A stretch of 64,000 bases of DNA from Spirochaetota bacterium (GTDB lineage: Bacteria; Spirochaetota; UBA4802; UBA5550), in contig OY760686.1 of the NCBI GenBank assembly GCA_963663865.1, forward strand, positions 1,184,001 through 1,248,000. Reading direction: 5' to 3'. The notes below the pieces were generated by a model. The model saw only the letters and a list, made by a program, of their open reading frames with translations. It ran no database searches and had not been told where the DNA came from. The position numbers and the translations under genes are program-made. This document shows positions 41,756-51,389 of the stretch, one piece after another. How positions within the stretch are numbered: position 1 is the first letter of the stretch; each line of letters opens with the position of its first letter.

Positions 41756-42541
41756 ATGGAAATAATGGTTAAAGGGCACTATATAATGAGACATAATAAA
41801 AAAAGCCGCCTGATATACGCCGCGCTTTTTGTTCTGTGCGTGTTTTTGGCCGCAGGTTCGGTCTACGCAGCGGCAGATGCCGGAGCCGCGGGTTCAAAAA
41901 AAGATGCGGGTTCACATCAACCCCCCAAAAAAAATTCCGTAAAGGATCCAGTTAAGGTTAAGTCAGATGAGACCGGAGAAAAGGCCGGTGAGACAGGGCT
42001 TATTTCAAAAGAATACACTGAAAACGATTTCAGACCAAAGCCTGACGACGGTTCTCTCGTCTGGAGCTTTATTAAAACTCTTATCGTTCTCGCGGTGCTG
42101 ATAGCGGTGTTTTATTACTTCTTCAGATTTATGTCAAAGAAGACCGGCACTGCCTTCAGAGGAGATGCCTCGGCCAGGGTTCTTTCGGCTGTCCCGCTTG
42201 GTCAGAACAAGAGTCTGCAGGTTGTTGATATCGGCGGAAGGATCCTCATAATCGGAGTATCGGACGGAAGCGTAAATCTCATCACAGAAATAACTGACAG
42301 AGATGAAATAAACAGAATGAGGGTTAACCTCCCCTCTGAGTCAACAGCAAGTCACGGCTCCTTCAATGAGATGCTCAGACGTTACGCGGGCAGGATGATT
42401 GACAGGATAAACGATAAGAAAACTACGCAGTCACGGCATAAAGAAACAGAGTGGAACCATGATTCCGGGATAGACATGAGCTATCTCAAAGCGCAGAGAA
42501 AGAGGCTTCGAAAGATGGACGGCGGTGACGATGAAGATTAA
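41756..42541 (+). CDS. fliO: Flagellar biogenesis protein FliO
   Basis: TM followed by PLGQNKSLQVV..IIGV; lies between fliY and fliP. Confidence 0.85.
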   Translation: MEIMVKGHYIMRHNKKSRLIYAALFVLCVFLAAGSVYAAADAGAAGSKKDAGSHQPPKKNSVKDPVKVKSDETGEKAGETGLISKEYTENDFRPKPDDGSLVWSFIKTLIVLAVLIAVFYYFFRFMSKKTGTAFRGDASARVLSAVPLGQNKSLQVVDIGGRILIIGVSDGSVNLITEITDRDEINRMRVNLPSESTASHGSFNEMLRRYAGRMIDRINDKKTTQSRHKETEWNHDSGIDMSYLKAQRKRLRKMDGGDDED

Positions 42542-43292
42542 GCACTTTGCCATAATTGCAATCCTGATGGCTGTTGCATTTCCTGCCGCACTGCATGCGC
42601 AGGCGGGCGGCGTTCAAATGCCTATACCTAAAATAGCTTTTGATATTGAGGCTGCCCGTTCCCCGAGGGATGTCGCGCTCAGCCTTCAGATTCTGTTTTT
42701 GCTGACTATACTGACCCTCGCGCCTTCAATTATTTTGATGACGACTTCGTTTACAAGGGTGGTCATTGTCCTTGATTTTGTAAAGAGGGCATTGTCTCTT
42801 CAGCAGATGCCGCCAAACCAGGTGATTGTCGGCCTCGCTCTTTTTCTGACCGGCTTTATTATGGCTCCGACTCTCGGCGAGATAAATGAGAAGGCGCTTC
42901 AGCCCTATCTCGGCGGAAAGATATCCAATGAACAGTTTTTTGACCGGGGGATGAAGCCTTTACGTGAGTTTATGTTCAAGCAGACGAGAGAGAAGGATAT
43001 TGCTCTGTTCATTAATCTTGCTAAGATTGAGAAGCCAGCCACCAGGGATGACGTGCCCACATATTGTCTAATCCCGGCTTTTATGATAAGCGAGTTGACC
43101 AGAGCCTTTGAGATAGGCGTGTATCTGTTTATCCCATTTATTGTAATCGATATGATAGTGGCGAGTGTTCTCATGGCAATGGGGATGATAATGCTCCCTC
43201 CGGTAATGATCTCTTTGCCCTTTAAGCTGATTCTTTTCATTCTTGTCGACGGATGGAACCTTATAGCTTACGAACTAGTCAGGTCGTTTTGA
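42525..43292 (+). CDS. fliP: Flagellar export protein FliP
   Basis: MTTSFTR, QQMPPNQ, PAFMISEL, LPFKLILF..DGW. Confidence 0.98.
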   Translation: MTMKIKHFAIIAILMAVAFPAALHAQAGGVQMPIPKIAFDIEAARSPRDVALSLQILFLLTILTLAPSIILMTTSFTRVVIVLDFVKRALSLQQMPPNQVIVGLALFLTGFIMAPTLGEINEKALQPYLGGKISNEQFFDRGMKPLREFMFKQTREKDIALFINLAKIEKPATRDDVPTYCLIPAFMISELTRAFEIGVYLFIPFIVIDMIVASVLMAMGMIMLPPVMISLPFKLILFILVDGWNLIAYELVRSF

Positions 43293-43334
43293 CGGAACGC
43301 TCCCGGAAACTGAGGGTGCTTAATTTAGCTGGAT

Positions 43335-43619
43335 ATGGTGAAACGCATGAATGAACTTGTAGTAATTAAACTTTTAAGGGATTCGCTTTTAACGACACTT
43401 ATTATTTCGGCTCCCATACTCGGGGCTGGAATGATTATCGGACTGATTGTCGCTATCTTCCAGACGACTACTTCTATTCAGGAGCAGACTTTGACCTTTG
43501 TTCCGAAGATCGTTGCCATTTTTTTCACAATCATTTTGTTCGCGTCGTGGATTATCAGAATGCTGGTGAATTACTCGTATACTGTATTTGAAATGATAGA
43601 GAAGACTGGAGTAAAATGA
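43335..43619 (+). CDS. fliQ: Flagellar export protein FliQ
   Basis: FQTTTSIQEQTLTFVPK. Confidence 0.98.
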   Translation: MVKRMNELVVIKLLRDSLLTTLIISAPILGAGMIIGLIVAIFQTTTSIQEQTLTFVPKIVAIFFTIILFASWIIRMLVNYSYTVFEMIEKTGVK

Positions 43620-44401
43620 CATACTTCGTATATAACTTTCAGATTTTTTTGCTGGTCCTTGTCAGGATGAACGCGATGTTTACCATTGCGCCTTTCTTTT
43701 CCAGCGGAGTTGTCCCGGGAAGACTGCGGGTGATGCTTTCTTTTCTTATAACTCTCATTATTTTTCCTACGGTATCGGCAAAGGGGATGGTGCTTCCTGA
43801 CGGGATGTCAGGCTATTACCTGCTTGTACTTAAAGAAGCAGTTATAGGCCTCTATATTGGATTTCTTGCGGGCGTTGTGTTCGCAGCTTTTCAGCTTGCT
43901 GCTCAGTACTTTGCCCCTCAGATGGGTTTCAGTATAAATGAGGTGTTTGATCCTCTTTCCCAGATATCTATACCTGTGATTGGTCAGCTTTTTAATCTTG
44001 TCGGGCTTCTCGTTTTTATCGCAATTAACGGTCATCACTTTCTCGTTCAGGCATTATACAGATCTTATGAACTAGCGCCGGCAATAATACCTACCACGGG
44101 CTTTATGGGAAAGCTGTTTGATTATATTCTCTACTCATTCGGCGGAATGTTTATTGTGGCGCTTAAAATTTCGCTGCCCATACTGGGCGTACTATTTCTC
44201 ATGTCGGTCAGCATGGGAGTCCTTGCCAAAGCAGCTCCTCAGATGAATATTATGATGATGGGACTGCCCCTTAATGTTGCAGTTGGATTCGGTCTGCTTA
44301 TTCTAACTACGCCAGTTATTGTAAAGGTTATGCAGGTTGCTCTCGAACGTTCATTCAGCTTTATTACCGGTGTGCTGCATCACTGGCCGGCGGGTACATG
44401 A
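43616..44401 (+). CDS. fliR: Flagellar export protein FliR
   Basis: APFFS, QMGF, NGHH, APQMNI. Confidence 0.96.
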   Translation: MTYFVYNFQIFLLVLVRMNAMFTIAPFFSSGVVPGRLRVMLSFLITLIIFPTVSAKGMVLPDGMSGYYLLVLKEAVIGLYIGFLAGVVFAAFQLAAQYFAPQMGFSINEVFDPLSQISIPVIGQLFNLVGLLVFIAINGHHFLVQALYRSYELAPAIIPTTGFMGKLFDYILYSFGGMFIVALKISLPILGVLFLMSVSMGVLAKAAPQMNIMMMGLPLNVAVGFGLLILTTPVIVKVMQVALERSFSFITGVLHHWPAGT

Positions 44402-45564
44402 TGAGCTATTTTGATAACATTCAGCTGAAGCTCTATCCTGCAAGCTGCTATGCGCCGGCTGTCAGCTTTGATCTGCAGCTCTTTGCTTCTCCTGAGGATG
44501 AGGGCAGGACTGAAGAGCCTACTGAAAAAAGGATTAGGGACGCGCGCGAAAAGGGGCAGGTTGCCAAGTCGCAGGAGCTGGGGCAGACCCTTGTCGTCAT
44601 TAGTTCCATAATGATAATATTTGCTTTTGGAGGATGGATTCTTGAATCGCTGGCTGAGATAACAAAATACTTTTTATCTTCATTCTCTACATACCGGGTA
44701 ACTGAGAGAAGGGTTATCACGGATTTTTATTTTATTCTGTACGAATCCGGGAAAGTGGTGCTGCCGGTCTTCGCCATATCGGTCTTTGCAGCGGTAGCTG
44801 GAAACCTGATGCAGGTCGGGTTCATGTTTACGACTCATCCACTTAAGGTTAACTGGAGCAAATTAAAATTCGATCCGGCTACTATAATGAAAAAAGTCCT
44901 GTTTTCAAAGCAGGTCGGCATGAACCTTGTTAAATCTCTTTTCAAGGTTGGGGCTATAGGCTTTGTAGCTTATCTGGTTATTATGGGAGATATTGATGAT
45001 ATTCTTAAAACTCCCGATCTTTCTATAGGCGCCGCCTTGCATATTATACTCATGAGCGGTTTTAAGATTATTGTATGGACCTCTGTTCTGCTTTTGATTA
45101 TGTCAGTACCAGATTACTTTTTTCAAAAAAAAGAGCTGATGGAGTCTCTGAAGATGACCAAACAGCAGCTGAAAGAAGAGTATAAAGAAAGCCAGGGGGA
45201 TCCTCATGTGAGAGCGAGACTCAGGGAGATGCAGAGAAACATTGTCATGAAGAATATGATACGGGAAGTCCCAAAAGCTGACGTGGTCGTTACGAATCCT
45301 ACTCATTATGCTGTTGCTCTTAAATATGACAGCAGCACAATGGAAGCACCTACCGTAATAGCAAAGGGAGTCGACAGCATGGCTCTGAGGATAAGGCAGA
45401 CTGCTAACGAGAATGGCGTTGTAATGATAGAAAACCGTCCTCTTGCGCAACGGCTGTATAAGGATGTTGAAGTAGGAGACATAATACCTGTTGAACTGTT
45501 TCAGGCTGTGACACTGGTTTATGCTGAGCTTTACAAGAGAAGAGAAGCAAAAAGGGCAATTTGA
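44398..45564 (+). CDS. flhB: Flagellar export protein FlhB
   Basis: TEEPT..AREKGQV, NPTH cleavage motif. Confidence 0.98.
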   Translation: MMSYFDNIQLKLYPASCYAPAVSFDLQLFASPEDEGRTEEPTEKRIRDAREKGQVAKSQELGQTLVVISSIMIIFAFGGWILESLAEITKYFLSSFSTYRVTERRVITDFYFILYESGKVVLPVFAISVFAAVAGNLMQVGFMFTTHPLKVNWSKLKFDPATIMKKVLFSKQVGMNLVKSLFKVGAIGFVAYLVIMGDIDDILKTPDLSIGAALHIILMSGFKIIVWTSVLLLIMSVPDYFFQKKELMESLKMTKQQLKEEYKESQGDPHVRARLREMQRNIVMKNMIREVPKADVVVTNPTHYAVALKYDSSTMEAPTVIAKGVDSMALRIRQTANENGVVMIENRPLAQRLYKDVEVGDIIPVELFQAVTLVYAELYKRREAKRAI

Positions 45565-45584
45565 AATTAGGGTGAGATATTAGT

Positions 45585-47672
45585 ATGTCAGACAAAAAGA
45601 ATCAGTTAAATCTTTCCTGGATGAACAGGTCAGATCTTCTTACGGGATTGGGAATTATTTCTGTTGTGGCAATGCTTATTATTCCTCTTCCCACGTTTAT
45701 GCTCGATTTTCTGATGGCGATTAATATAACTATTGGACTGCTCGTGCTGATGATAGTAATGTTTATTCACCGTTCATTTGATTTTTCTATATTCCCGTCA
45801 TTGCTTCTGATAACGACAATTTTCCGGCTTGCTTTGAACATTTCGTCAACAAGGCTGATTCTGATGCAGGGGTCAGCGTTTGACGGGAAAATTATAAAAA
45901 CATTCGGTGAGTTTGTTGTCGGTGGTAATTATGTTATCGGATTTATAATCTTTATTATCCTGGTAGCCGTTCAGTTCATTGTTATCACAAAAGGAGCGAC
46001 CAGGACTTCTGAGGTTGCTGCAAGATTTACCCTTGATGCCATGCCCGGTAAGCAGATGAGTATTGATTCCGATCTCGCCAATGGCATGATAAATGAAGAG
46101 GAGGCCCGCAGACGGAGGGATGAAATCAGGAAGGAAGCTGATTTCTACGGGACAATGGATGGTGCTTCAAAATTCGTCCAGGGCGATGTTAAAGTCGGTA
46201 TACTGATAACGCTTATTAATATTATCGGCGGATTCATGGTTGGGATGCTTGTGCATGGCGAGTCGTTCGACGTGGCAATTAAGACATATACTTTGCTGAG
46301 TATAGGAGATGGACTTGTCGCGCAGATCCCGTCGCTGCTCATTACAACCGCAACAGGTATAATTGTTACCCGTGCGGTTTCAGATAATAATATGGGAGAT
46401 CAGATTGCTGAGCAGGTCGGATCTCAGCCAAGAGCTATGTATATTACGGCAGGGGCCCTTGGGGCATGCGTTCTTATACCGGGTTTTCCAAAGATATCAT
46501 TGATACTTATATCAGCGGGAATGGCTTCTATGGGATATGTTCTTTCAGCTGCAAAGAAAGAAAAGACTGAACAGGAAGCCAGGGAGGTCGAACAGGCTTC
46601 AATGAAAGAAAAGAAACCAGAGTCTGTATTGCCTCTCATACAGGTTGATCCTCTCGCGGTGGAGATAGGATACAACTTGATACCCCTTGTTGACCCCGAT
46701 CAGGGCGGTACTCTTCTCGACAGGATAACGAACATCAGAAGACGGAGTGCCCTTGATATGGGACTGGTTGTTCCTCCTGTCCGTATAAGAGATAATATGG
46801 AGCTTGAGCCGGAAGCATACTCCATTCTGATAAAGGGGGTTGAGGTTGGAAGTTCCAGGCTTCAGGTAGGAAGGCTTATGGCTATGGATTCGGGTGAAGT
46901 ATCCGATAAAATAGAAGGTGTCGAGTTTGTTGAGCCTGTATTTGGATTAAATGCCATTTGGATAGAAACTGAAATGAGGGATCTGGCTGAAAGCCGCGGT
47001 TATATGGTAGTTGACTGCCCCTCAATAATAGCGACTCACTTAACCGAATTGATCAAGAAACATGCTGATGAAATACTGGGCAGGCAGGAAGTTAAGCAGC
47101 TAATTGACAATCTCAAGGCAGAATACTCAGCGGTTATTGATGAGGTTCAGGAGAAAAAAATCGCCGTTGGAGACATTCAGAAAATTCTTCAGAACCTTCT
47201 GCGGGAAAGGGTCTCAATCAGAAACATGCTTACAATCATGGAAACAGTAGCCAGCTATTCAGATTATACCCGCGATACAGGGACTTTAACGGAATATGTC
47301 CGCTCAGCTCTTTCGAGACAGATAACAAGGGACTATCTGGATTCAAACCAGATGCTCAATGTTATTACAGTTGATCCTGAGATTGAAAGCATAATCCGAA
47401 ATTCCATTCATGATGATCCGGTCGAGGGACGAATTGTTGCAATGGATCCTGAGACACACGGCCTGGTTACAGGATCTCTGGTAGAAGCATTTAAAAAGGC
47501 CAGAAATGGAGGATTTACGCCGGTTTATCTGGTTTCTCCGCAGGTGAGGAGTTTAATTTTTACAATGCTGGAAAGGGAAATACCTGTTCCGGTAGTTATT
47601 TCATATAATGAAATTAACAGCAGCGTCAAGGTAAATGTAGTAGCGTCCGCTTTAATGACATCGGCGGCATAA
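45585..47672 (+). CDS. flhA: Flagellar export protein FlhA
   Basis: EVAARFTLDAMPGKQMSID. Confidence 0.98.
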   Translation: MSDKKNQLNLSWMNRSDLLTGLGIISVVAMLIIPLPTFMLDFLMAINITIGLLVLMIVMFIHRSFDFSIFPSLLLITTIFRLALNISSTRLILMQGSAFDGKIIKTFGEFVVGGNYVIGFIIFIILVAVQFIVITKGATRTSEVAARFTLDAMPGKQMSIDSDLANGMINEEEARRRRDEIRKEADFYGTMDGASKFVQGDVKVGILITLINIIGGFMVGMLVHGESFDVAIKTYTLLSIGDGLVAQIPSLLITTATGIIVTRAVSDNNMGDQIAEQVGSQPRAMYITAGALGACVLIPGFPKISLILISAGMASMGYVLSAAKKEKTEQEAREVEQASMKEKKPESVLPLIQVDPLAVEIGYNLIPLVDPDQGGTLLDRITNIRRRSALDMGLVVPPVRIRDNMELEPEAYSILIKGVEVGSSRLQVGRLMAMDSGEVSDKIEGVEFVEPVFGLNAIWIETEMRDLAESRGYMVVDCPSIIATHLTELIKKHADEILGRQEVKQLIDNLKAEYSAVIDEVQEKKIAVGDIQKILQNLLRERVSIRNMLTIMETVASYSDYTRDTGTLTEYVRSALSRQITRDYLDSNQMLNVITVDPEIESIIRNSIHDDPVEGRIVAMDPETHGLVTGSLVEAFKKARNGGFTPVYLVSPQVRSLIFTMLEREIPVPVVISYNEINSSVKVNVVASALMTSAA

Positions 47673-47720
47673 TATAATTAACCTCAATGGTTAACTATCC
47701 TGACTGAAAGGAGTAATGAT

Positions 47721-49049
47721 ATGAAGTACGTAAAAATCAAGGCAGAGAATTATAAAGAAGCGATGATGAAGCTTAAAACACAGTATGGAAATGATGCTAT
47801 TCCAATCAGCCACAAGTATGTGAAGGAGGGCGGAATCCTGAGTTCACGCCTTTTTGCCAGGACGGTCGTGGAAGTTACTGCAGGCGTGCATGAGAAAAAA
47901 ATACCCGCAAGGTCTAATGCAGCCAGCGGAAGGTTTGATGTCCTGGTTGGCGAACAGGAGCTGCCTGGTACCCGCATGTCATCCAGGGGCGCGGGGGATA
48001 ATAGAGAATCCCGGAATTCAGAAGTAACAGTTGATAAGCTTGTGAAAAGTATAGACAGTCTAAATGACAGTCTTGGCGGTGTTAAAAGACAGCAGCCGGC
48101 AGGTAAGGACGCATCAGAGCATTCCGAAGAGAATTTTTCATTGACTGGAAGAGCAAGCACAAAATTTGAGAAGGAATTCAGCGAATTGAAGGATACTTTA
48201 AATAAACTCCTTGCTGGTCAGGAGCAGAAAACCGTGAATTCAGTTAAGGAAAGCGAAGAGCCTGCGCTGAAAAAATTCTATGATCTTCTCAGGCGAAACG
48301 ATTTCGACAGAGATGAAAGAGCTCAAATAATGAAAGAAGTAAGGCATTCAGTTAGCCGGGACGATGTCCGTGATGAATACAAGATTGAAAAAAGCCTGAA
48401 GGAGCTTCTAAAAAGTCGAATCGTAACAACTGGCCCGATTGAAATGAAAGGGAAGAAAATAATAATGTTTGTAGGTCCCACCGGAGTCGGGAAAACAACT
48501 ACAATTGCTAAACTGGGGGCACTTCATTCTCTCCGGGAGGGGAAGAAGGTCGTTTTCATCACAATAGACAATTACAGGATTGCTGCTACTGAGCAGCTCA
48601 AGAAGTACGCGGAGATAATGAAAATTCCAGTATATGCAATCAACGACCAGAAGGAGTTTAAATCCGTGATCTCCAGAGAAAAGGCTGATCTGATTCTTGT
48701 TGATACATCCGGCAGAAGCCATCGTAACCAGCTTAAGATAGCGGAGATGAAAAGCTATGCTGATTCCATAGAATATGATTTTGAAAAAATACTCTGTGTC
48801 AGCGCGAATACAAAAAAAGATGATCTTCATGATGTTTTCCGGGCATTTGATATTATGAATTTTGACAGTATAGTGATCACAAAAGTTGACGAAACATCTT
48901 TTATTGGGAATGTTGTAGATATTGCCGATAAGTATCACAAGCCCATATCATATTTTACGAACGGCCAGGAAGTGCCCAATGACATTGAGGTCGCCGAATC
49001 GGGCAGGATAGTTGATATGATGATCGGGGATATCAACAAACAGGTGTAA
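47721..49049 (+). CDS. flhF: Flagellar GTPase FlhF
   Basis: GPTGVGKTTT, DTSGR, TKVDE, GQEVP.DI. Confidence 0.96.
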   Translation: MKYVKIKAENYKEAMMKLKTQYGNDAIPISHKYVKEGGILSSRLFARTVVEVTAGVHEKKIPARSNAASGRFDVLVGEQELPGTRMSSRGAGDNRESRNSEVTVDKLVKSIDSLNDSLGGVKRQQPAGKDASEHSEENFSLTGRASTKFEKEFSELKDTLNKLLAGQEQKTVNSVKESEEPALKKFYDLLRRNDFDRDERAQIMKEVRHSVSRDDVRDEYKIEKSLKELLKSRIVTTGPIEMKGKKIIMFVGPTGVGKTTTIAKLGALHSLREGKKVVFITIDNYRIAATEQLKKYAEIMKIPVYAINDQKEFKSVISREKADLILVDTSGRSHRNQLKIAEMKSYADSIEYDFEKILCVSANTKKDDLHDVFRAFDIMNFDSIVITKVDETSFIGNVVDIADKYHKPISYFTNGQEVPNDIEVAESGRIVDMMIGDINKQV

Positions 49050-49060
49050 GGAGGTCCCGG

Positions 49061-49939
49061 GTGGATCAAGCTGCAAACCTCAGGAGGCTGGTCCTCGAAA
49101 AGGGGACAGGCGCTAAAAAAACGAGAATAATAGCCATAACAAGCGGAAAGGGGGGGGTCGGAAAGACAAGCCTTGCCGTCGGTCTGGCCATATCCATGGC
49201 AAGGAAGGGAGCTTCTGTCACTCTTCTTGATGCAGATCTTGGATTAGCGAATATTAACGTCATATTGGGCATTATCCCCAAATATAACCTCTATCACGTT
49301 ATAAAAGGTAAAAAAAAGCTCAGGGATATTGTGATAAATGTGCCGGAGGGTATAAAGATAATAGCTGGGGCTTCCGGTTTCCATCAGCTTGCCAACCTGG
49401 AACCCCGCCAGCGGACGGAGTTTATTGAGGCAATGGGCGAGCTTGAGGCTGACGATTATCTTATTATTGATACCGGGGCGGGCGTTTCCCAGAATGTTAT
49501 GAGCTTTGTTTTAGCCGCAGATGAAATAGTTGTTGTCACAACTCCTGAACCGACGGCTATAACTGATGCTTACGGCATAATCAAGTCAATTGCAGCTCAA
49601 TCCTCGGATAAAATTATCAGGTTGATTGTAAATAGAGCTCAGTCAGTTTCCGAAGGCAACAGAGTCGCTCAGCGTGTAATTAGTATAGCAGGGCAGTTTT
49701 TGAATATCAAGGTTGAGAGTCTTGGCTTTGTGTTTGAAGATCCAAGTGTGCCCAGGTCCGTAAGAAACCAGAAGCCCTTTGTAGTGAGCTTCCCCAAGTC
49801 GAAAGCGTCCGGCTGTGTTTCTATTATTTCTGACAGAATCTGTGACAGAGTCGTGGAAGATGCTAAAAACGGGGGCCTTGTGGGGTTTGTCAAAAGGCTT
49901 GTTTCCGGTAATGCGGGAAAAAATGACGAAGAAGAATGA
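49061..49939 (+). CDS. flhG: MinD-like ATPase FleN/FlhG
   Basis: MDQA..LR, SGKGGVGKT, DADLGLAN, PEPTAITDAY. Confidence 0.93.
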   Translation: MDQAANLRRLVLEKGTGAKKTRIIAITSGKGGVGKTSLAVGLAISMARKGASVTLLDADLGLANINVILGIIPKYNLYHVIKGKKKLRDIVINVPEGIKIIAGASGFHQLANLEPRQRTEFIEAMGELEADDYLIIDTGAGVSQNVMSFVLAADEIVVVTTPEPTAITDAYGIIKSIAAQSSDKIIRLIVNRAQSVSEGNRVAQRVISIAGQFLNIKVESLGFVFEDPSVPRSVRNQKPFVVSFPKSKASGCVSIISDRICDRVVEDAKNGGLVGFVKRLVSGNAGKNDEEE

Positions 49940-50032
49940 CCGAGTCAGGGAAAATAACTTGATTTGTATGATTAAAGATATATTTTGTGAAATGTCATGC
50001 TTACGGAGGCTATGTTTCTGTAGGATAATGCG

Positions 50033-50569
50033 ATGATGAATTTGAGTGAAATAAAAATTGAATACAGGTTTTCGGCTGTGTTTGCCGCGCTCTCTTTTGT
50101 CTTTTCTCTTGCAATAGGATTGATTGCGGGAATTGATGTCTCGGTTGTGGTAGTACGCACTATCTTTTCTGTTGTGATTTTCGGTTTGCTTGGTTATGCT
50201 GCGGCTTTTGTGCTCAGCAAATATGTCCCGGAGGTTTTGAGTCTTATCAGATCCTCGGATTCTGAAGAAATTGACATTTTACCGGAGAGTGGGCTTGGCG
50301 GTGCGGCTGATTCTGAAACAGCTGATGAAAGCACAGGAGCTTTCTCTGAGATGGATGAAAGTTCTCTGCCGAGAGTTGAGAGGTCGACGAACCAGGGCTT
50401 CGAGGATAGTCTTAATGATGATTTGGGCTCATTCTCATCACGAAGCGGCGTTGATCCTGCAGGAGGAAAGCTGGGGAAGCATATTATTTCCGAAGACAAA
50501 AAATTTAAGTACGAACCAAAGCTGATGGCACAGGCTGTAAGGACTATGATGCGAAAGGATGTGGATTAA
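50033..50569 (+). CDS. Hypothetical membrane protein of the flagellar operon
   Basis: Two TMs, acidic linker, C-terminal P.LMAQAVRTMM. Confidence 0.75.
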   Translation: MMNLSEIKIEYRFSAVFAALSFVFSLAIGLIAGIDVSVVVVRTIFSVVIFGLLGYAAAFVLSKYVPEVLSLIRSSDSEEIDILPESGLGGAADSETADESTGAFSEMDESSLPRVERSTNQGFEDSLNDDLGSFSSRSGVDPAGGKLGKHIISEDKKFKYEPKLMAQAVRTMMRKDVD

Positions 50570-50587
50570 TTTCCAGGAATAGCGATT

Positions 50588-51388
50588 ATGAATAATAAAA
50601 AATTTTTAGAACTGGATGCCGTCGGAGAGGAAAAGCTCTGGGAAAACTACATTTCTTCACAGGAACAGAATATCCGTGATTATTTTGTAATTAAATACGC
50701 GCCACTTGTGAAATACGTAGCCGGTAAAGTTTCAATGGGGATGCCCCAGAACATAGAGTTTGATGATCTCGTGTCGTACGGTGTTTTCGGGCTGCTTGAT
50801 GCTATTGGGAAATTTGACCCTGCGCGAGGGATAAAGTTCAAAACTTATGCCATGACTCGTATTAGAGGCGCAATTTTCGATGAGCTGAGATCAATCGATT
50901 GGATTCCGAGGTCTATCCGGCAAAAGGCAAAACAGGTTGAACTGGTTATATCCGAACTTGAAAACAAGCTGGGAAGAACTGTTGAGGATGACGAAATTGC
51001 TCAGGAGATGGGTATTTCAAGTGAGGAGTTCCAGTCACTTCTTAACAAGCTTACCGGAACATCAATGCTCTCACTCAATGATATCTGGTATATGGGCGAT
51101 GAAAATGATGAGCTTTCTATACTTGAGACACTTGAAGCTCCGGAGAGCATGAACCCTGACATCCTGATTGAAAAAGAAGAGATTCGCGATTATATAATTG
51201 ATGCAATTAAAAAACTTCCAGAAAAGGAAAAAAAAGTAATAGTACTCTATTACTATGAGGACTTGACACTCAAAGAAATAGGAGAGGTCCTTGATGTAAC
51301 CGAGAGCAGGGTTTCACAGCTTCATACAAAGGCGATTATGAGGCTCAGAGGAAGGCTGGGCAGAATAAAATCGAATATAGTTGGTTAG
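50588..51388 (+). CDS. fliA: RNA polymerase sigma-28 factor FliA/WhiG
   Basis: [28 protein letters not shown]. Confidence 0.96.
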   Translation: MNNKKFLELDAVGEEKLWENYISSQEQNIRDYFVIKYAPLVKYVAGKVSMGMPQNIEFDDLVSYGVFGLLDAIGKFDPARGIKFKTYAMTRIRGAIFDELRSIDWIPRSIRQKAKQVELVISELENKLGRTVEDDEIAQEMGISSEEFQSLLNKLTGTSMLSLNDIWYMGDENDELSILETLEAPESMNPDILIEKEEIRDYIIDAIKKLPEKEKKVIVLYYYEDLTLKEIGEVLDVTESRVSQLHTKAIMRLRGRLGRIKSNIVG

Positions 51389-51389
51389 A